Shown in pieces: positions 63,794 to 64,000 of a DNA stretch of 64,000 nt. The notes under the pieces are model-generated. The model was not told the DNA's origin and ran no database searches. It worked only from the letters and a program-made list of their open reading frames with translations. The stretch spans positions 1,696,001-1,760,000 of the forward strand of contig OZ242318.1 in NCBI GenBank assembly GCA_965208105.1, read 5' to 3'. This DNA comes from Candidatus Latescibacterota bacterium (GTDB taxonomy: Bacteria; Latescibacterota; UBA2968; UBA8231). The translations under genes were made by a program, and so were the position numbers. Position 1 is the stretch's first letter; each line of letters begins with the position of its first letter.

Positions 63794-64000
63794 TCAGTTT
63801 TCCTGCGCAGCCACCTCGAACCCGTATTCCCGTCCCGAGTGCTCGAGCCAGTGCGCCAGGTAGTCTGCAAAGCTGCGGCGGACGACCACGTCGAAGGACT
63901 GGAAGCTGCGGTCGTTGGAGCGAGGAATGAGGAGGACGGCCGCCTTCGCCAGGTTGGTCTGGGCGCATTGCCCTGCAGCGAAAGCAGTGGGATGGAGGTC
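63794..64000 (-). CDS. soxG: Sarcosine oxidase gamma subunit-like protein, partial (3' end; not in ORF track)
   Basis: Manual translation DLHPTAFAAGQCAQTNLAKAAVLL...FDVVVRRSFADYLAHWL. Confidence 0.8.
   Translation of the reverse strand, partial: DLHPTAFAAGQCAQTNLAKAAVLLIPRSNDRSFQSFDVVVRRSFADYLAHWLEHSGREYGFEVAAQEN

Overview
High-GC bacterial chromosomal window with no rRNA, tRNA, CRISPR array, integrase or transposase detected. The gene content suggests a diderm heterotroph of the Ca. Latescibacterota/Poribacteria type (inference): many PhyH-type dioxygenases, amidohydrolases, beta-propeller glycosidase-like proteins, a sulfatase, a CRTAC1/FG-GAP + TPR pair and DUF6785-type permeases. The dominant unexplained feature is a family of FIVE ~975-995 aa signal-peptide-bearing paralogs, three of them in tandem. 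They share a conserved scaffold, variable loops, an acidic DxDxDG-type repeat block and a C-terminal GF(T/S)EFG motif. They sit among catabolic enzymes and are a candidate undescribed outer-membrane uptake/binding system. Also present: a MITE/ERIC-like element joined to TAG stop codons; a lower-GC methyltransferase + endonuclease pair whose nuclease appears to start at ATT; and a lower-GC island (RelE/ParE-like TA pair, SF2 helicase, orphan Phd-like antitoxin, XRE + DUF4258-like pair) bordered by a frameshifted duplicate of a permease 3' end. Family assignments come from motif recognition by eye, not database searches.
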